Below, piece by piece: positions 1 through 8,251 of a stretch of 40,321 nt of DNA. The DNA lies in assembly GCA_947481365.1 (NCBI GenBank), contig CANKGI010000002.1, positions 1-40,321 on the forward strand, in the 5' to 3' direction. A program made the position numbers and the translations under genes. A model generated the notes under the pieces. That model ran no database searches. It worked only from the letters and a program-made list of their open reading frames with translations, and had not been told where the DNA came from. How positions within the stretch are numbered: the stretch's first letter is position 1; each line of letters begins with the position of its first letter. This DNA is from Bacteroidota bacterium (GTDB taxonomy: Bacteria > Bacteroidota > Bacteroidia > UKL13-3).

Positions 1-237
1 ACTTACCATGTTACTTTTCCAGTGTTTGAAAAAATTCATGTGAAAGGAAATAACGCTTCTGAATTGTATCAATTTTTATCGAGCAAAAAATTAAATGGTC
101 GAATAAATTCTATTCCAAAATGGAATTTCCATAAATACTTAGTTAACAAAAATGGTGAGGTAGTTGATTATTTTTATACTCCAACAAAACCCACTTCGGG
201 TAAAATTAAAAAAGCAATAGAAAAGTTGCTTAAATAA
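1..237 (+). CDS. glutathione peroxidase, C-terminal fragment (5' end lies outside the window)
   Basis: Frame 1 is open from nt 1 ([26 protein letters not shown]...[18 protein letters not shown]). The FPxFxKIxVNG and WNFxK(Y/F)L blocks are GPx hallmarks. Stop TAA at 235-237. Confidence 0.8.
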   Translation, partial: TYHVTFPVFEKIHVKGNNASELYQFLSSKKLNGRINSIPKWNFHKYLVNKNGEVVDYFYTPTKPTSGKIKKAIEKLLK

Positions 238-252
238 ATTTCAAATCTCGCA

Positions 253-260
253 TACATTTG
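253..260 (+). promoter_or_regulatory. Bacteroidota -7 box TACATTTG, 4 nt upstream of the bshB1-like ATG
   Basis: Exact match to TAnnTTTG. The final G at 260 is followed by caat and then ATG at 265. Confidence 0.4.
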
Positions 261-264
261 CAAT

Positions 265-981
265 ATGAAATTAGATATTTTAGCATTTGCAGCTCACCCT
301 GATGATATTGAACTTTCGGCTAGTGGAACAGTTATGGCTCACCTTGCGTTGGGCAAAAAAGTTGGTATCATCGACCTCACAAAAGGAGAACTAGGCAGCA
401 GAGGTTCGGTTGAGATTAGAATGAAAGAAGTAGAAGCTTCGAATAAAATTTTGGGTATCACTGTTCGCGAAAATCTTGAATTCAGAGATGGCTTTTTTGT
501 GAAAGACGAAACGCATTTGCTTAAAGTCATTCAAATGATTCGCAAATACCAACCTGATATTGTTTTAGCAAATGCTGTTAGCGATAGACATATTGATCAT
601 GGCCGTGCGGCAGACTTATTACACGATGCTTGTTTCCTTTCGGGATTAAGAAAAATAGAAACATCACTTCAAGGTAAAAAACAAAAAGAATGGCGACCAA
701 AATCTGTTTATCATTACATTCAGGATAATTTTGTTGAACCGGATATTATTGTCGATATCACTCCATTTTTTGAAAGAAAAATGAAAAGCATAAAAGCATT
801 TTCTTCACAATTCTTCGACCCTAAATCGAACGAACCTTCCACTCCTATTTCATCAAAAGAATTTTTAGATGTAATTGAATACAGAAACTTGCAAATGGGC
901 AGATATATTGGTGTTCAGTATGCCGAAGGATTTACCGTTAAACGACCTGTTGGCACAAAAGATTTGACTACTTTGATTTGA
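265..981 (+). CDS. bshB1: PIG-L/LmbE-family deacetylase, bacillithiol biosynthesis BshB1-like
   Basis: 238 aa. N-terminal AHPDDIELSASGT metal-binding motif, a later DRHIDHG motif, and size and layout typical of BshB1. Confidence 0.7.
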   Translation: MKLDILAFAAHPDDIELSASGTVMAHLALGKKVGIIDLTKGELGSRGSVEIRMKEVEASNKILGITVRENLEFRDGFFVKDETHLLKVIQMIRKYQPDIVLANAVSDRHIDHGRAADLLHDACFLSGLRKIETSLQGKKQKEWRPKSVYHYIQDNFVEPDIIVDITPFFERKMKSIKAFSSQFFDPKSNEPSTPISSKEFLDVIEYRNLQMGRYIGVQYAEGFTVKRPVGTKDLTTLI

Positions 982-996
982 TACAGGTTACAGAAA

Positions 997-1038
997 GCAG
1001 GATACAAGATGCAGGATACAAGATGCAGGATGTAAGAT
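997..1038. repeat. 14-bp tandem repeat x3 (gcaggatacaagat, gcaggatacaagat, gcaggatgtaagat)
   Basis: Read directly. Contiguous copies at 997-1010, 1011-1024 and 1025-1038, in the convergent intergenic gap. Confidence 0.9.
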
Positions 1039-1046
1039 TTCTACAG

Positions 1047-1096
1047 CATTCACTAATTCATTCCTTCTCTCATTCATTCCTTCTCTCATTCACTAA
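1047..1096. repeat. second short tandem array: 16-bp unit cattcattccttctct (about 2 copies) bracketed by the direct repeat cattcactaa
   Basis: cattcactaa occurs at 1047-1056 and 1087-1096. The 16-mer is at 1071-1086, with a 14/16 copy at 1055-1070. The array abuts the stop of the minus-strand gene at 1098. Confidence 0.85.
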
Positions 1097-1097
1097 A

Positions 1098-1589
1098 TTA
1101 ATGTATTCTCTCACTTATCGGTACAAGACCAAATTGCATAAAGTGATGCATAAAATGTTTGTATTCGAACCACAACCATTCGTGGTAATTTAATTCGCCA
1201 AATAAATTATGAACGCTGGTTATGTTATCTCCATTTTTGAAATACAAATGAAAAACTTTCAATTCATCCAATAACATTTTCTTTGCTTCATCGAGTGACG
1301 AATAAACATAAGGTTGTAAACCTTTTTGCAAAATCGGATTCTGAAAATCACGTGGTAATGGTCGATCACTTAACAACGAAATTATCTTAAATTTAGAGGC
1401 TTTGGCATCGATTTTTGAAACTGGAATTTGAATATTTCCATTCCCAATTTTTACACCTAAAATTAAATGTTCAACTACTCTCTGAGCATCCATCGTTCCC
1501 CAAATTGGTTTTGTTTCTTCTGTTAATTTTCCTAAAAGTTCAGGAACTTGTTCATTAAAAAAAATGATCAATTCTTCTTCTGTTCTCAT
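1098..1589 (-). CDS. DinB-superfamily / DUF1569-like protein
   Basis: 163 aa. The C-terminal block FGELNYHEWLWFEYKHFMHHFMQFG resembles the His-rich helix of DinB-fold DUF1569 proteins. The start lies 2 nt after the stop of the upstream S8 gene. Confidence 0.55.
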   Translation of the reverse strand: MRTEEELIIFFNEQVPELLGKLTEETKPIWGTMDAQRVVEHLILGVKIGNGNIQIPVSKIDAKASKFKIISLLSDRPLPRDFQNPILQKGLQPYVYSSLDEAKKMLLDELKVFHLYFKNGDNITSVHNLFGELNYHEWLWFEYKHFMHHFMQFGLVPISERIH

Positions 1590-1591
1590 GA

Positions 1592-3283
1592 TTATTTCGA
1601 ATTAAAAACATAACTATTTACACCATCTTTCGAATGAATATAAACTGCATATGTTCCGGTCTTTATTTTCTGCGATTGAGTAAACGAAACCCTTGTTACA
1701 CCTTGCTTACAATCAATCACCGTTTTTAGCAATGGTTGTGATTTTAGGTCGAGTGCATTTTCTAAAACAACATTTATTTTTTGTTTACTAGAAGAGTATA
1801 TGGTAAGATGAATTTTATTATCCTTCAGCATTCGTGCATCAAGAATAATGTCTTTTGATAATTGAAAATCTTTATCGCCACCCAATATTTTATTTGCTAA
1901 AACAGCATCAGGAATTCCGTAACCTAAATATTTATCGGGTGCAAAATATTGAGATGAACTTAATTGCAATGCTGCAATAATTTCATTATTTTTTCTCACA
2001 ATATTAGCTTGAAGCAAACAAGCTGCAACTCCAGTAATAATTGGGCACGAAAAAGAAGTCCCGTTGGTTTGATAATATGTTCCTGACGTAGATGGCACCC
2101 ACACATTTTCTCCCAATGCTACCACATCCGGCTTTATGCGTTTATCAGCACTCGGACCAATTGAACTAAAACTTGAGTAAATATTTTTATCATCAATTCC
2201 TCCAACAGTTAAAATATTTTTTGCATCAGCAGGGGCAACTAAATATTTCCAGTCGTTATCGCCTTCGTTACCTGCACTGTTTACAACAAGTATTCCTTTA
2301 GAAGCTGCAATACTCGCAGCACGTGAAATGATGGTGGTTTTACCGTCAAGATCTTTGTACTGATAATTTAAATTTTTATCATCGAAATTATTGTAGCCTA
2401 ATGACGAACTGATAATATCTACTCCAACACTATCGGCAAACTCGGATGCTGCCAACCAATGTGTTTCTTCAATAGGCGATTCGGTTTTGGCATATTCGGT
2501 TCTGAATAACCAGAAATTTGCTTTGGGTGATGAACCTACAAGTTGATAAGGTTTATAAGCACCCATACAACTCCATACTCCATCACCATGATCATCGTCA
2601 TCAAACACATTATTCACTCTGTCTACAAAATCTTTACTTCCCAACACATGACTGCTATCGAATGAATATTTAAACACATCCATTTTTTTTGCATCCTTAA
2701 AACCAGCATCTAAAACAGCAATGGTAACACCTTGCCCCATGTAACCTAAATTATGCAATTGATCGACTTTAATCATCGAAACTTGTGTGTAAGATTTTCC
2801 GTAAAAATTCGAATCTGTTTCCTTGTTTTTTGTATCATCAAATTTCGATTCGAGCACACTTAATGCTTCGTTTATATCTACTGCATGTTCTGTTTTATTT
2901 TCCTCATCCGTAAATTTTAATTCGCCAAGATTTTTTACGTTTATTACAAACGGTAAGTTCTTTATTGAGTCAATTAAATTGGGTTTTACAGTTTGAATGG
3001 CAATTGCATTTAGCCATTTGCTTTTGTGTATAATTCTAAATCCTTTTGAAGAAATAATTGATACGTATTTTGATGAAACAGGCAGGTCATTTTCGACAAT
3101 AGAAATATGGTATTTTTCTCTGCGCTGAATTGATTTTATTGAAAGAAATTGTTGCGGATGCTGCACATCAAATACCGAATCTTTGTCTTTTAATTCTACC
3201 CAATATCGATAATATCGGTCTTGCGCAAAAAGTGAATTGATTGAAAATAAAAGGAAGAGAGTTAAAGTATATTTAAAATTCAT
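1592..3283 (-). CDS. secreted S8 (subtilisin-family) serine peptidase with an I9-like propeptide and a possible T9SS C-terminal domain
   Basis: 563 aa. Signal peptide MNFKYTLTLFLLFSINSLFAQ. Catalytic triad contexts VAVLDAGF (Asp), DHGDGVWS (His) and NGTSFSCPIITG (Ser). The C-terminus ...KTGTYAVYIHSKDGVNSYVFNSK is CTD-like. Confidence 0.85.
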   Translation of the reverse strand: MNFKYTLTLFLLFSINSLFAQDRYYRYWVELKDKDSVFDVQHPQQFLSIKSIQRREKYHISIVENDLPVSSKYVSIISSKGFRIIHKSKWLNAIAIQTVKPNLIDSIKNLPFVINVKNLGELKFTDEENKTEHAVDINEALSVLESKFDDTKNKETDSNFYGKSYTQVSMIKVDQLHNLGYMGQGVTIAVLDAGFKDAKKMDVFKYSFDSSHVLGSKDFVDRVNNVFDDDDHGDGVWSCMGAYKPYQLVGSSPKANFWLFRTEYAKTESPIEETHWLAASEFADSVGVDIISSSLGYNNFDDKNLNYQYKDLDGKTTIISRAASIAASKGILVVNSAGNEGDNDWKYLVAPADAKNILTVGGIDDKNIYSSFSSIGPSADKRIKPDVVALGENVWVPSTSGTYYQTNGTSFSCPIITGVAACLLQANIVRKNNEIIAALQLSSSQYFAPDKYLGYGIPDAVLANKILGGDKDFQLSKDIILDARMLKDNKIHLTIYSSSKQKINVVLENALDLKSQPLLKTVIDCKQGVTRVSFTQSQKIKTGTYAVYIHSKDGVNSYVFNSK

Positions 3284-3337
3284 CGTTTCAAATTAAGATA
3301 AATAAATTGAATGCAGATTTATACAACTATGATGCCG

Positions 3338-4033
3338 TTACTGAAACGAACGTAGTCTGATTCTGTATCTGAACCCTTTTGATTTTGTACCCGGACCTTT
3401 GCTGCGAGATTGTGTATTTAATGAATCGGATGTAAAACTAATTAAACCCACATTTCGAGCATATAACGAATAGCGCTTTATTTCATCAATAAAATTAGTT
3501 ATCGAATCTTCTCTTACCATTACCGTTTTGTCAAACATTTTTCCATTAACAAACGATGGTTGATCAAAATATAAAATATCATAATATGCTTGACCGATAT
3601 TGTTAAACATATTTCCATCCCAGGTTTTTGAAGCATTTAACGGAAAAACCAATTTTACATATCGAATATTATCTTGAACTTTTTGAGCACGCAAATTATC
3701 TCTGCTCATAATCCAAGTATTAGCACTTTGCCAGGTATCCGAATCATGTTTCCTAAAATACCTTTCTACTTTTATTGCCGGTTTTCCAATATCATCAATC
3801 ATCGATTCTGATGTAGCTTCTTTGTACTGGTAGTAAGTGGTATCAATTACCGTTGAGTCGGTATTATTATCATATCCAAACGAGTCAACATCATAAATCC
3901 AAACATGACCGGCTTCAACAGGAAAATAGTTATATCCTAAATCGACAGATGAACCATCATCTTTATTGGAACTGCATGAAAACATGAATACCAAAATGAT
4001 GAAAACAGAAGAGTAAGTAATTATTTTTTTCAT
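3338..4033 (-). CDS. hypothetical lipoprotein
   Basis: The track ORF starts at GTG 4045. The internal ATG at 4033 gives MKKIITYSSVFIILVFMFSC, a classic lipoprotein signal with a lipobox Cys. I recognise no catalytic motif. Confidence 0.65.
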   Translation of the reverse strand: MKKIITYSSVFIILVFMFSCSSNKDDGSSVDLGYNYFPVEAGHVWIYDVDSFGYDNNTDSTVIDTTYYQYKEATSESMIDDIGKPAIKVERYFRKHDSDTWQSANTWIMSRDNLRAQKVQDNIRYVKLVFPLNASKTWDGNMFNNIGQAYYDILYFDQPSFVNGKMFDKTVMVREDSITNFIDEIKRYSLYARNVGLISFTSDSLNTQSRSKGPGTKSKGFRYRIRLRSFQ

Positions 4034-4087
4034 GAATAACTTCACGCGAATATAACGTGAAAAATGAAATTGAATTATCTAAGTAAA

Positions 4088-5188
4088 TTAGATTTCAAAT
4101 CCCGACTGAATCCAACCACCACCAATTACATCGTTACCTTCGTAAAACACAGCCGACTGTCCGGGAGCAATAGCTTTAACATCGCTATGAAATAGCACTT
4201 TCATTTTGTCATCAACTTGTTCAATGGTTGATAAAGCACCAACATCTTTATACCTAATTTTTGTTAACGATTCGATGGGGTTATTAATAGAAGTGTATTT
4301 ACTTAAATTTAAATTGCGCACCCACATTCCGTTTCGCTTCAACTCATCTTCTTTGCCAAGAATAACGGTATTGGTTTCGGGTTGAATTTCGAGGACAAAC
4401 AAAGGCTCACCAACTGCAATCTCTAATCCTTTTCGCTGACCAATTGTGTAAAACGGATAACCTTTATGCTTACCCAATATTTTACCTTCACGTGTAACAA
4501 AATTTCCGCCATCAACTTTTTCTTCAAGTCCGTTTACTTTGCGTTTTAAAAATCCGCGATAATCATTATCGGGCACAAAACATATTTCGTAACTTTCACT
4601 TTTCTTGGCAATATCTTCGTAGCCCATATCAATAGCCATTTGCCTAATTTCGGTTTTGCGAAACTGTCCTAATGGAAATTTTGTTCGAGCTAAACTCTCT
4701 TGAGTGAGTCCCCATAAAACATAAGATTGATCTTTGTTTTCATCAAGACCTTTAGAAACAATAAAACGATTGTTTTCATTTCTTACTTGAGCATAATGAC
4801 CAGTTGCAATAAACTCACAATCGAGTTGATTGGCTCGTTTAAGTAATGCTTCCCACTTAATATGCGTATTACACAAAACGCAAGGATTTGGTGTACGTCC
4901 GGCTAAATACTCTTCAATAAAGTTATCAATAACATAATCGCCAAACTCATCGCGTATATCTAAAATGATATGATGAATTCCATGTTTAACAGCAATAGCT
5001 CGGGCATCATTAATCGAATCAAGACTGCAGCATCCTGTCTCCTTTTTGGATCCGCCTGAGTTTTGATAATCCCAGGTTTTCATTGTTACACCCACTACTT
5101 CATAGCCTTCATCGGCAAACATCACTGCTGCAACCGTGCTATCTAAACCACCGCTCATGGCAACCAATATTCTTCCTTTTTTACTCAT
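4088..5188 (-). CDS. mnmA: tRNA 2-thiouridine(34) synthase MnmA
   Basis: PP-loop VAMSGGLDS, plus conserved CCS, NPCVLCN and ATGHYA blocks. I chose the ATG at 5188 (MSKKGRILVAMSGG). The track's TTG-extended N-terminus would run over a -7 box. Confidence 0.9.
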   Translation of the reverse strand: MSKKGRILVAMSGGLDSTVAAVMFADEGYEVVGVTMKTWDYQNSGGSKKETGCCSLDSINDARAIAVKHGIHHIILDIRDEFGDYVIDNFIEEYLAGRTPNPCVLCNTHIKWEALLKRANQLDCEFIATGHYAQVRNENNRFIVSKGLDENKDQSYVLWGLTQESLARTKFPLGQFRKTEIRQMAIDMGYEDIAKKSESYEICFVPDNDYRGFLKRKVNGLEEKVDGGNFVTREGKILGKHKGYPFYTIGQRKGLEIAVGEPLFVLEIQPETNTVILGKEDELKRNGMWVRNLNLSKYTSINNPIESLTKIRYKDVGALSTIEQVDDKMKVLFHSDVKAIAPGQSAVFYEGNDVIGGGWIQSGFEI

Positions 5189-5196
5189 TTGATGTG

Positions 5197-5204
5197 CAAA
5201 GATA
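5197..5204 (-). promoter_or_regulatory. -7 box TATCTTTG (minus strand) 8 nt upstream of the mnmA ATG
   Basis: The reverse complement of caaagata is tatctttg, an exact TAnnTTTG match. Confidence 0.4.
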
Positions 5205-5306
5205 ATATGATTTATATCTTCACATTTTATAACAACTTTTGTAACAAATAGATTTAACAAATATTAAACCTTATCAAAATCACATCATCACAGTAAAAAA
5301 AACAAT

Positions 5307-5729
5307 ATGAAAACGATTATGAATTATTTTAAATTGATAGCAGTTATGCTTATCATTTTGGTTGCAAGAGTAAATGCTCAGCAATTTGAAAAAAACAAAA
5401 TGAACGAACGTTTCGAACATCTCATGAATGAACTTACAGAACATTTGCAGCTTCGTCCTGATCAGCAAGAAAAAGTTAGAACCATTGCCGAGAACAACAG
5501 AAAAGAATTGATGAGAATAAGAAATACTGATAAAGAAGCTTCGCGCAAAGACAAACGTGCTGATTTTATTGCACAACTAAAGAAGGCCGATGAACAGATA
5601 AAAGAAATATTAGACCCAAAGCAAAAAGAACTTTATAAAAAATTTAAGGAAGAAAAGAAATCTGAACGTAAAGCCAAAATGCAGGAACATAAAGAAAGAC
5701 ATACCGAATTGGAAGACGGATTGTTTTAA
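5307..5729 (+). CDS. secreted K/E-rich helical protein, Spy/CpxP-like LTXXQ-motif family (tentative)
   Basis: 140 aa. Signal peptide ...ILVARVNAQQ. Two L-x-x-x-Q type helices (LQLRPDQQEKV, ILDPKQKELY). Highly charged, coiled-coil-like tail. Confidence 0.5.
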   Translation: MKTIMNYFKLIAVMLIILVARVNAQQFEKNKMNERFEHLMNELTEHLQLRPDQQEKVRTIAENNRKELMRIRNTDKEASRKDKRADFIAQLKKADEQIKEILDPKQKELYKKFKEEKKSERKAKMQEHKERHTELEDGLF

Positions 5730-5748
5730 GAAAATGGTAAACACATAA

Positions 5749-5775
5749 ATCCTCTGCTTTTGCAGGGGATTTTTT
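5749..5775 (+). terminator. rho-independent terminator
   Basis: Stem atcctctgc / gcaggggat (one G-U pair), loop tttt, followed by a T5 run. Confidence 0.7.
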
Positions 5776-5792
5776 GTTTCTGTACATAAACA

Positions 5793-5800
5793 TATTTTTG
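5793..5800 (+). promoter_or_regulatory. -7 box TATTTTTG, 4 nt upstream of the queG TTG start
   Basis: Exact TAnnTTTG match. A TTTG lies 16 nt upstream. Confidence 0.4.
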
Positions 5801-5804
5801 TTGC

Positions 5805-6737
5805 TTGCTGCACATCAATAAACATACTAAACTCATTAAGCAAAAAGCCAGCGAGCTTGGATTTTCCTATTGCGGTGTAAGCAAAGCAACATTTTTAAAT
5901 GAAGAAGCGCCTCGATTAGAAAAATGGCTATCGCAAAACCAACATGGCAACATGACTTACATGAGCAATCATTTTGATATGAGGCTCGACCCAAGACTTT
6001 TAGTAGAGGGCGCAAAATCAGTTGTATCGCTTATGTACAATTATTACACTGATAAAAAACAAATTGATAATCATGCACCGCAAATTTCGAAATATGCATT
6101 TGGCGAAGATTATCACTTTGTAGTAAAAGATAAATTGAAAGAACTTCTTGCATTTATTAATGAAAGTATTGGCGAAGTAAACGGGAGAGCTTTTGTTGAT
6201 TCAGGACCAGTATTAGAGCGTGCTTGGGCGAAAAAAAGCGGACTTGGATGGATAGGTAAAAATGCAAATCTCATAAATAAATCATCGGGGTCGTTTTATT
6301 TTTTAAGTGAGCTTATTCTTGATTTAGATTTAGCATACGACTCACCAACTACTGATCATTGTGGAACCTGCACAGCCTGTATTGACGCCTGCCCAACACA
6401 GGCAATTGTTGAGCCTTACAAAGTAGATGGAAGCAAATGTATTTCGTACTTTACCATCGAGCTAAAAGAAAACATCCCAGAACAAATGAAAGGAAAATTT
6501 AATAATTGGGCATTTGGTTGCGATGTTTGTCAGGATGTTTGCCCATGGAACAAATTTTCTGAGCAACACAATGAAAAAAGATTTGACCCTTCTGATATGT
6601 TTCTATACATGACCCACAACGATTGGCAAGAATTATCTGAACATAGTTTTAAAGAATTATTTAAAAAATCGCCTTTAAAGCGAACCAAATACAACGGCTT
6701 GAAAAGAAATATTGACTTCTTAAAAAACAAACAGTGA
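5805..6737 (+). CDS. queG: epoxyqueuosine reductase QueG
   Basis: 310 aa. Two 4Fe-4S cluster motifs ([12 protein letters not shown] and [13 protein letters not shown]) and a C-terminal HEAT-like tail. TTG start: there is no in-frame ATG between the upstream TAA (5787) and the conserved N-terminus. Confidence 0.9.
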   Translation: MLHINKHTKLIKQKASELGFSYCGVSKATFLNEEAPRLEKWLSQNQHGNMTYMSNHFDMRLDPRLLVEGAKSVVSLMYNYYTDKKQIDNHAPQISKYAFGEDYHFVVKDKLKELLAFINESIGEVNGRAFVDSGPVLERAWAKKSGLGWIGKNANLINKSSGSFYFLSELILDLDLAYDSPTTDHCGTCTACIDACPTQAIVEPYKVDGSKCISYFTIELKENIPEQMKGKFNNWAFGCDVCQDVCPWNKFSEQHNEKRFDPSDMFLYMTHNDWQELSEHSFKELFKKSPLKRTKYNGLKRNIDFLKNKQ

Positions 6738-8044
6738 AGAGAAAATCTTATTTTCGTTCCGAAAGAACACAATTCTTGTTAAAAAATAAACAATCATACC
6801 TTCTTAACTTGATAGTTGCTTTGATGCTTAGCACCTTTGTTTTAGCACAAACTGAACAACTATCGTATGGAATGCACCTTTCATTAAATTACCCAACTGT
6901 TGGTAATCGTATTGATAATTATTCAGGTGAAGCTAATCCAACTTTGGGTTTGTTTCTTCAATATCATCCCGAAGACGGACTGGACATTTCACACCCAACT
7001 AAAAATAAACGTTACAATATTTTTCCATCAGAATTTACACGCAGATTAACCTTTTTGGTTCAGCCATCTTTTAGTATCAATACTTTCAGGCAAATAGATG
7101 TTGACCGAAAATACAACTCCTATTATGTTGAATTATCTGGCTTAGTTTACATACAACCGTTTGCATATGTAAACGAGTTTAAACTCTTCACTGGACTTCG
7201 TCCTTCGTATCTCACTGCTTATAACACCGAAGTATTTGAAGGTGGTTTTTACACCACCAAAAGATACGACCCAAACTTAAACCGAATTGGTCGATACGAT
7301 TTAACAATGCCAATTGGAATATCAATGGATTTATCACAGGCTGTAACTGTTGAGATGGCATATTACCATTCGTTTTCCGACAACAATACAAATACGTTTA
7401 TTCAAGGTCGCCCATCAAGTATCGAGTTTACTTTAAAACTGAATGCATTAGGATTGGTTAGCCAGTTTGCGCATAAAGAAGACCAACTAAGAGCACAAAT
7501 TACAAAATACAGTAAAGGTTCGTTAATAGTGATGTTGCCTACAGTCAATCAAAACGAAATCCAGAGTTTAAGAAAGCAACATAGCGAACAAGAAATTGAA
7601 TTTATTACCACCGAATTAAACGAGCGCAACAAAAAAATCATGCACGACTTTAGGACATATTTTGAATACTGTCCTGTATATTTCTTTATGGATACAAGCG
7701 CTTATAAAGTTATTTCAAAAAACTTTAATAATGTATTTGTAAACGCAAACTTCGAAACGGATAAATTTATACATCCAGATAGCAGCAACTTTTTTATGGC
7801 AAGTATTTGCGAAGATATTTCGGCATACACTACGAAGCATGTATTTGGATTATTTGTTTACGATGAAAAATTAAACCAATTGCCAAAACCATTTAATGTT
7901 CCGGCAAATTTAATAGGCCCCAACCTTGAGGGCGACCCTTTGAACTTCTTCAAAAAACGACATTACAATTACAGCCAAATTTCGTTCGAGAAATACATTA
8001 CTAAATTGAACAACCGAATGTTGAGGTACAAGAACCTAGAGTAA
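6734..8044 (+). CDS. hypothetical exported protein: N-terminal outer-membrane beta-barrel-like half plus an uncharacterised C-terminal half of about 190 aa
   Basis: 436 aa. GTG start overlaps the queG TGA (GTGA). Signal-like [14 protein letters not shown]. Alternating aromatic/hydrophilic strands run up to about aa 240 (…[12 protein letters not shown]). The rest carries no motif I recognise. Confidence 0.55.
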   Translation: MKRKSYFRSERTQFLLKNKQSYLLNLIVALMLSTFVLAQTEQLSYGMHLSLNYPTVGNRIDNYSGEANPTLGLFLQYHPEDGLDISHPTKNKRYNIFPSEFTRRLTFLVQPSFSINTFRQIDVDRKYNSYYVELSGLVYIQPFAYVNEFKLFTGLRPSYLTAYNTEVFEGGFYTTKRYDPNLNRIGRYDLTMPIGISMDLSQAVTVEMAYYHSFSDNNTNTFIQGRPSSIEFTLKLNALGLVSQFAHKEDQLRAQITKYSKGSLIVMLPTVNQNEIQSLRKQHSEQEIEFITTELNERNKKIMHDFRTYFEYCPVYFFMDTSAYKVISKNFNNVFVNANFETDKFIHPDSSNFFMASICEDISAYTTKHVFGLFVYDEKLNQLPKPFNVPANLIGPNLEGDPLNFFKKRHYNYSQISFEKYITKLNNRMLRYKNLE

Positions 8045-8251
8045 CCGAACATTCTGTTAGCTCAACCTTTAAAACTACCATGATTGTGTAAAAAAAACGA
8101 ATGCGACATAAACAATCATCCTCCTATTTAGAAAAAATAACTTCTCGTACTATTGATTATATTTTGTAGTTATTACTCTACAAATATTTTAAAATAATAT
8201 TTATATATTTCGCCTTCGTAAATTCAAATTTAAACCACAAAATATATCATT

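Noticed and set aside
997-1096. Possible miniature CRISPR array
   Set aside because: The repeat units are contiguous with no spacers, only 14-16 bp long, in 2-3 copies, with no cas genes. This is a simple tandem repeat.
1155-1175. GGTTCGAAT-like string (minus strand) suggesting a tRNA T-arm
   Set aside because: No flanking cloverleaf pairing can be drawn. It lies inside the DinB-like coding sequence (…EWLWFEYKH…).
978-1193. 71-aa + strand ORF spanning the tandem repeats and the 3' end of the DinB-like gene
   Set aside because: Its sequence is dictated by the repeats (SLIHSFSHSFLLSF). It has no start context and overlaps the better-supported minus-strand gene, so I treat it as an artefact.
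4088-5260. N-terminally extended track ORFs starting at TTG/GTG (mnmA 5260, lipoprotein 4045, rplD 18432, rpmC 22051, rplE 23298, rplF 24626, rplO 26337)
   Set aside because: The extensions overlap the preceding gene or a promoter box and add non-conserved residues. An ATG giving the canonical N-terminus follows immediately in each case.
5280-5843. Minus-strand ORFs 5280-5576 and 5610-5843, opposite the K/E-rich secreted protein gene
   Set aside because: Antisense of a lysine/glutamate-rich gene yields F/L-rich open frames by default. The + strand gene has a signal peptide and a terminator.
8080-8185. Inverted repeats upstream of the giant gene (atgattgt/acaatcat at 8080-8119; ttttgtag/ctacaaat at 8162-8185) as a possible invertible phase-variation promoter
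   Set aside because: The repeats are short (7-8 bp) and do not flank the promoter-like region. No recombinase gene is nearby. Chance occurrence in AT-rich DNA is likely.
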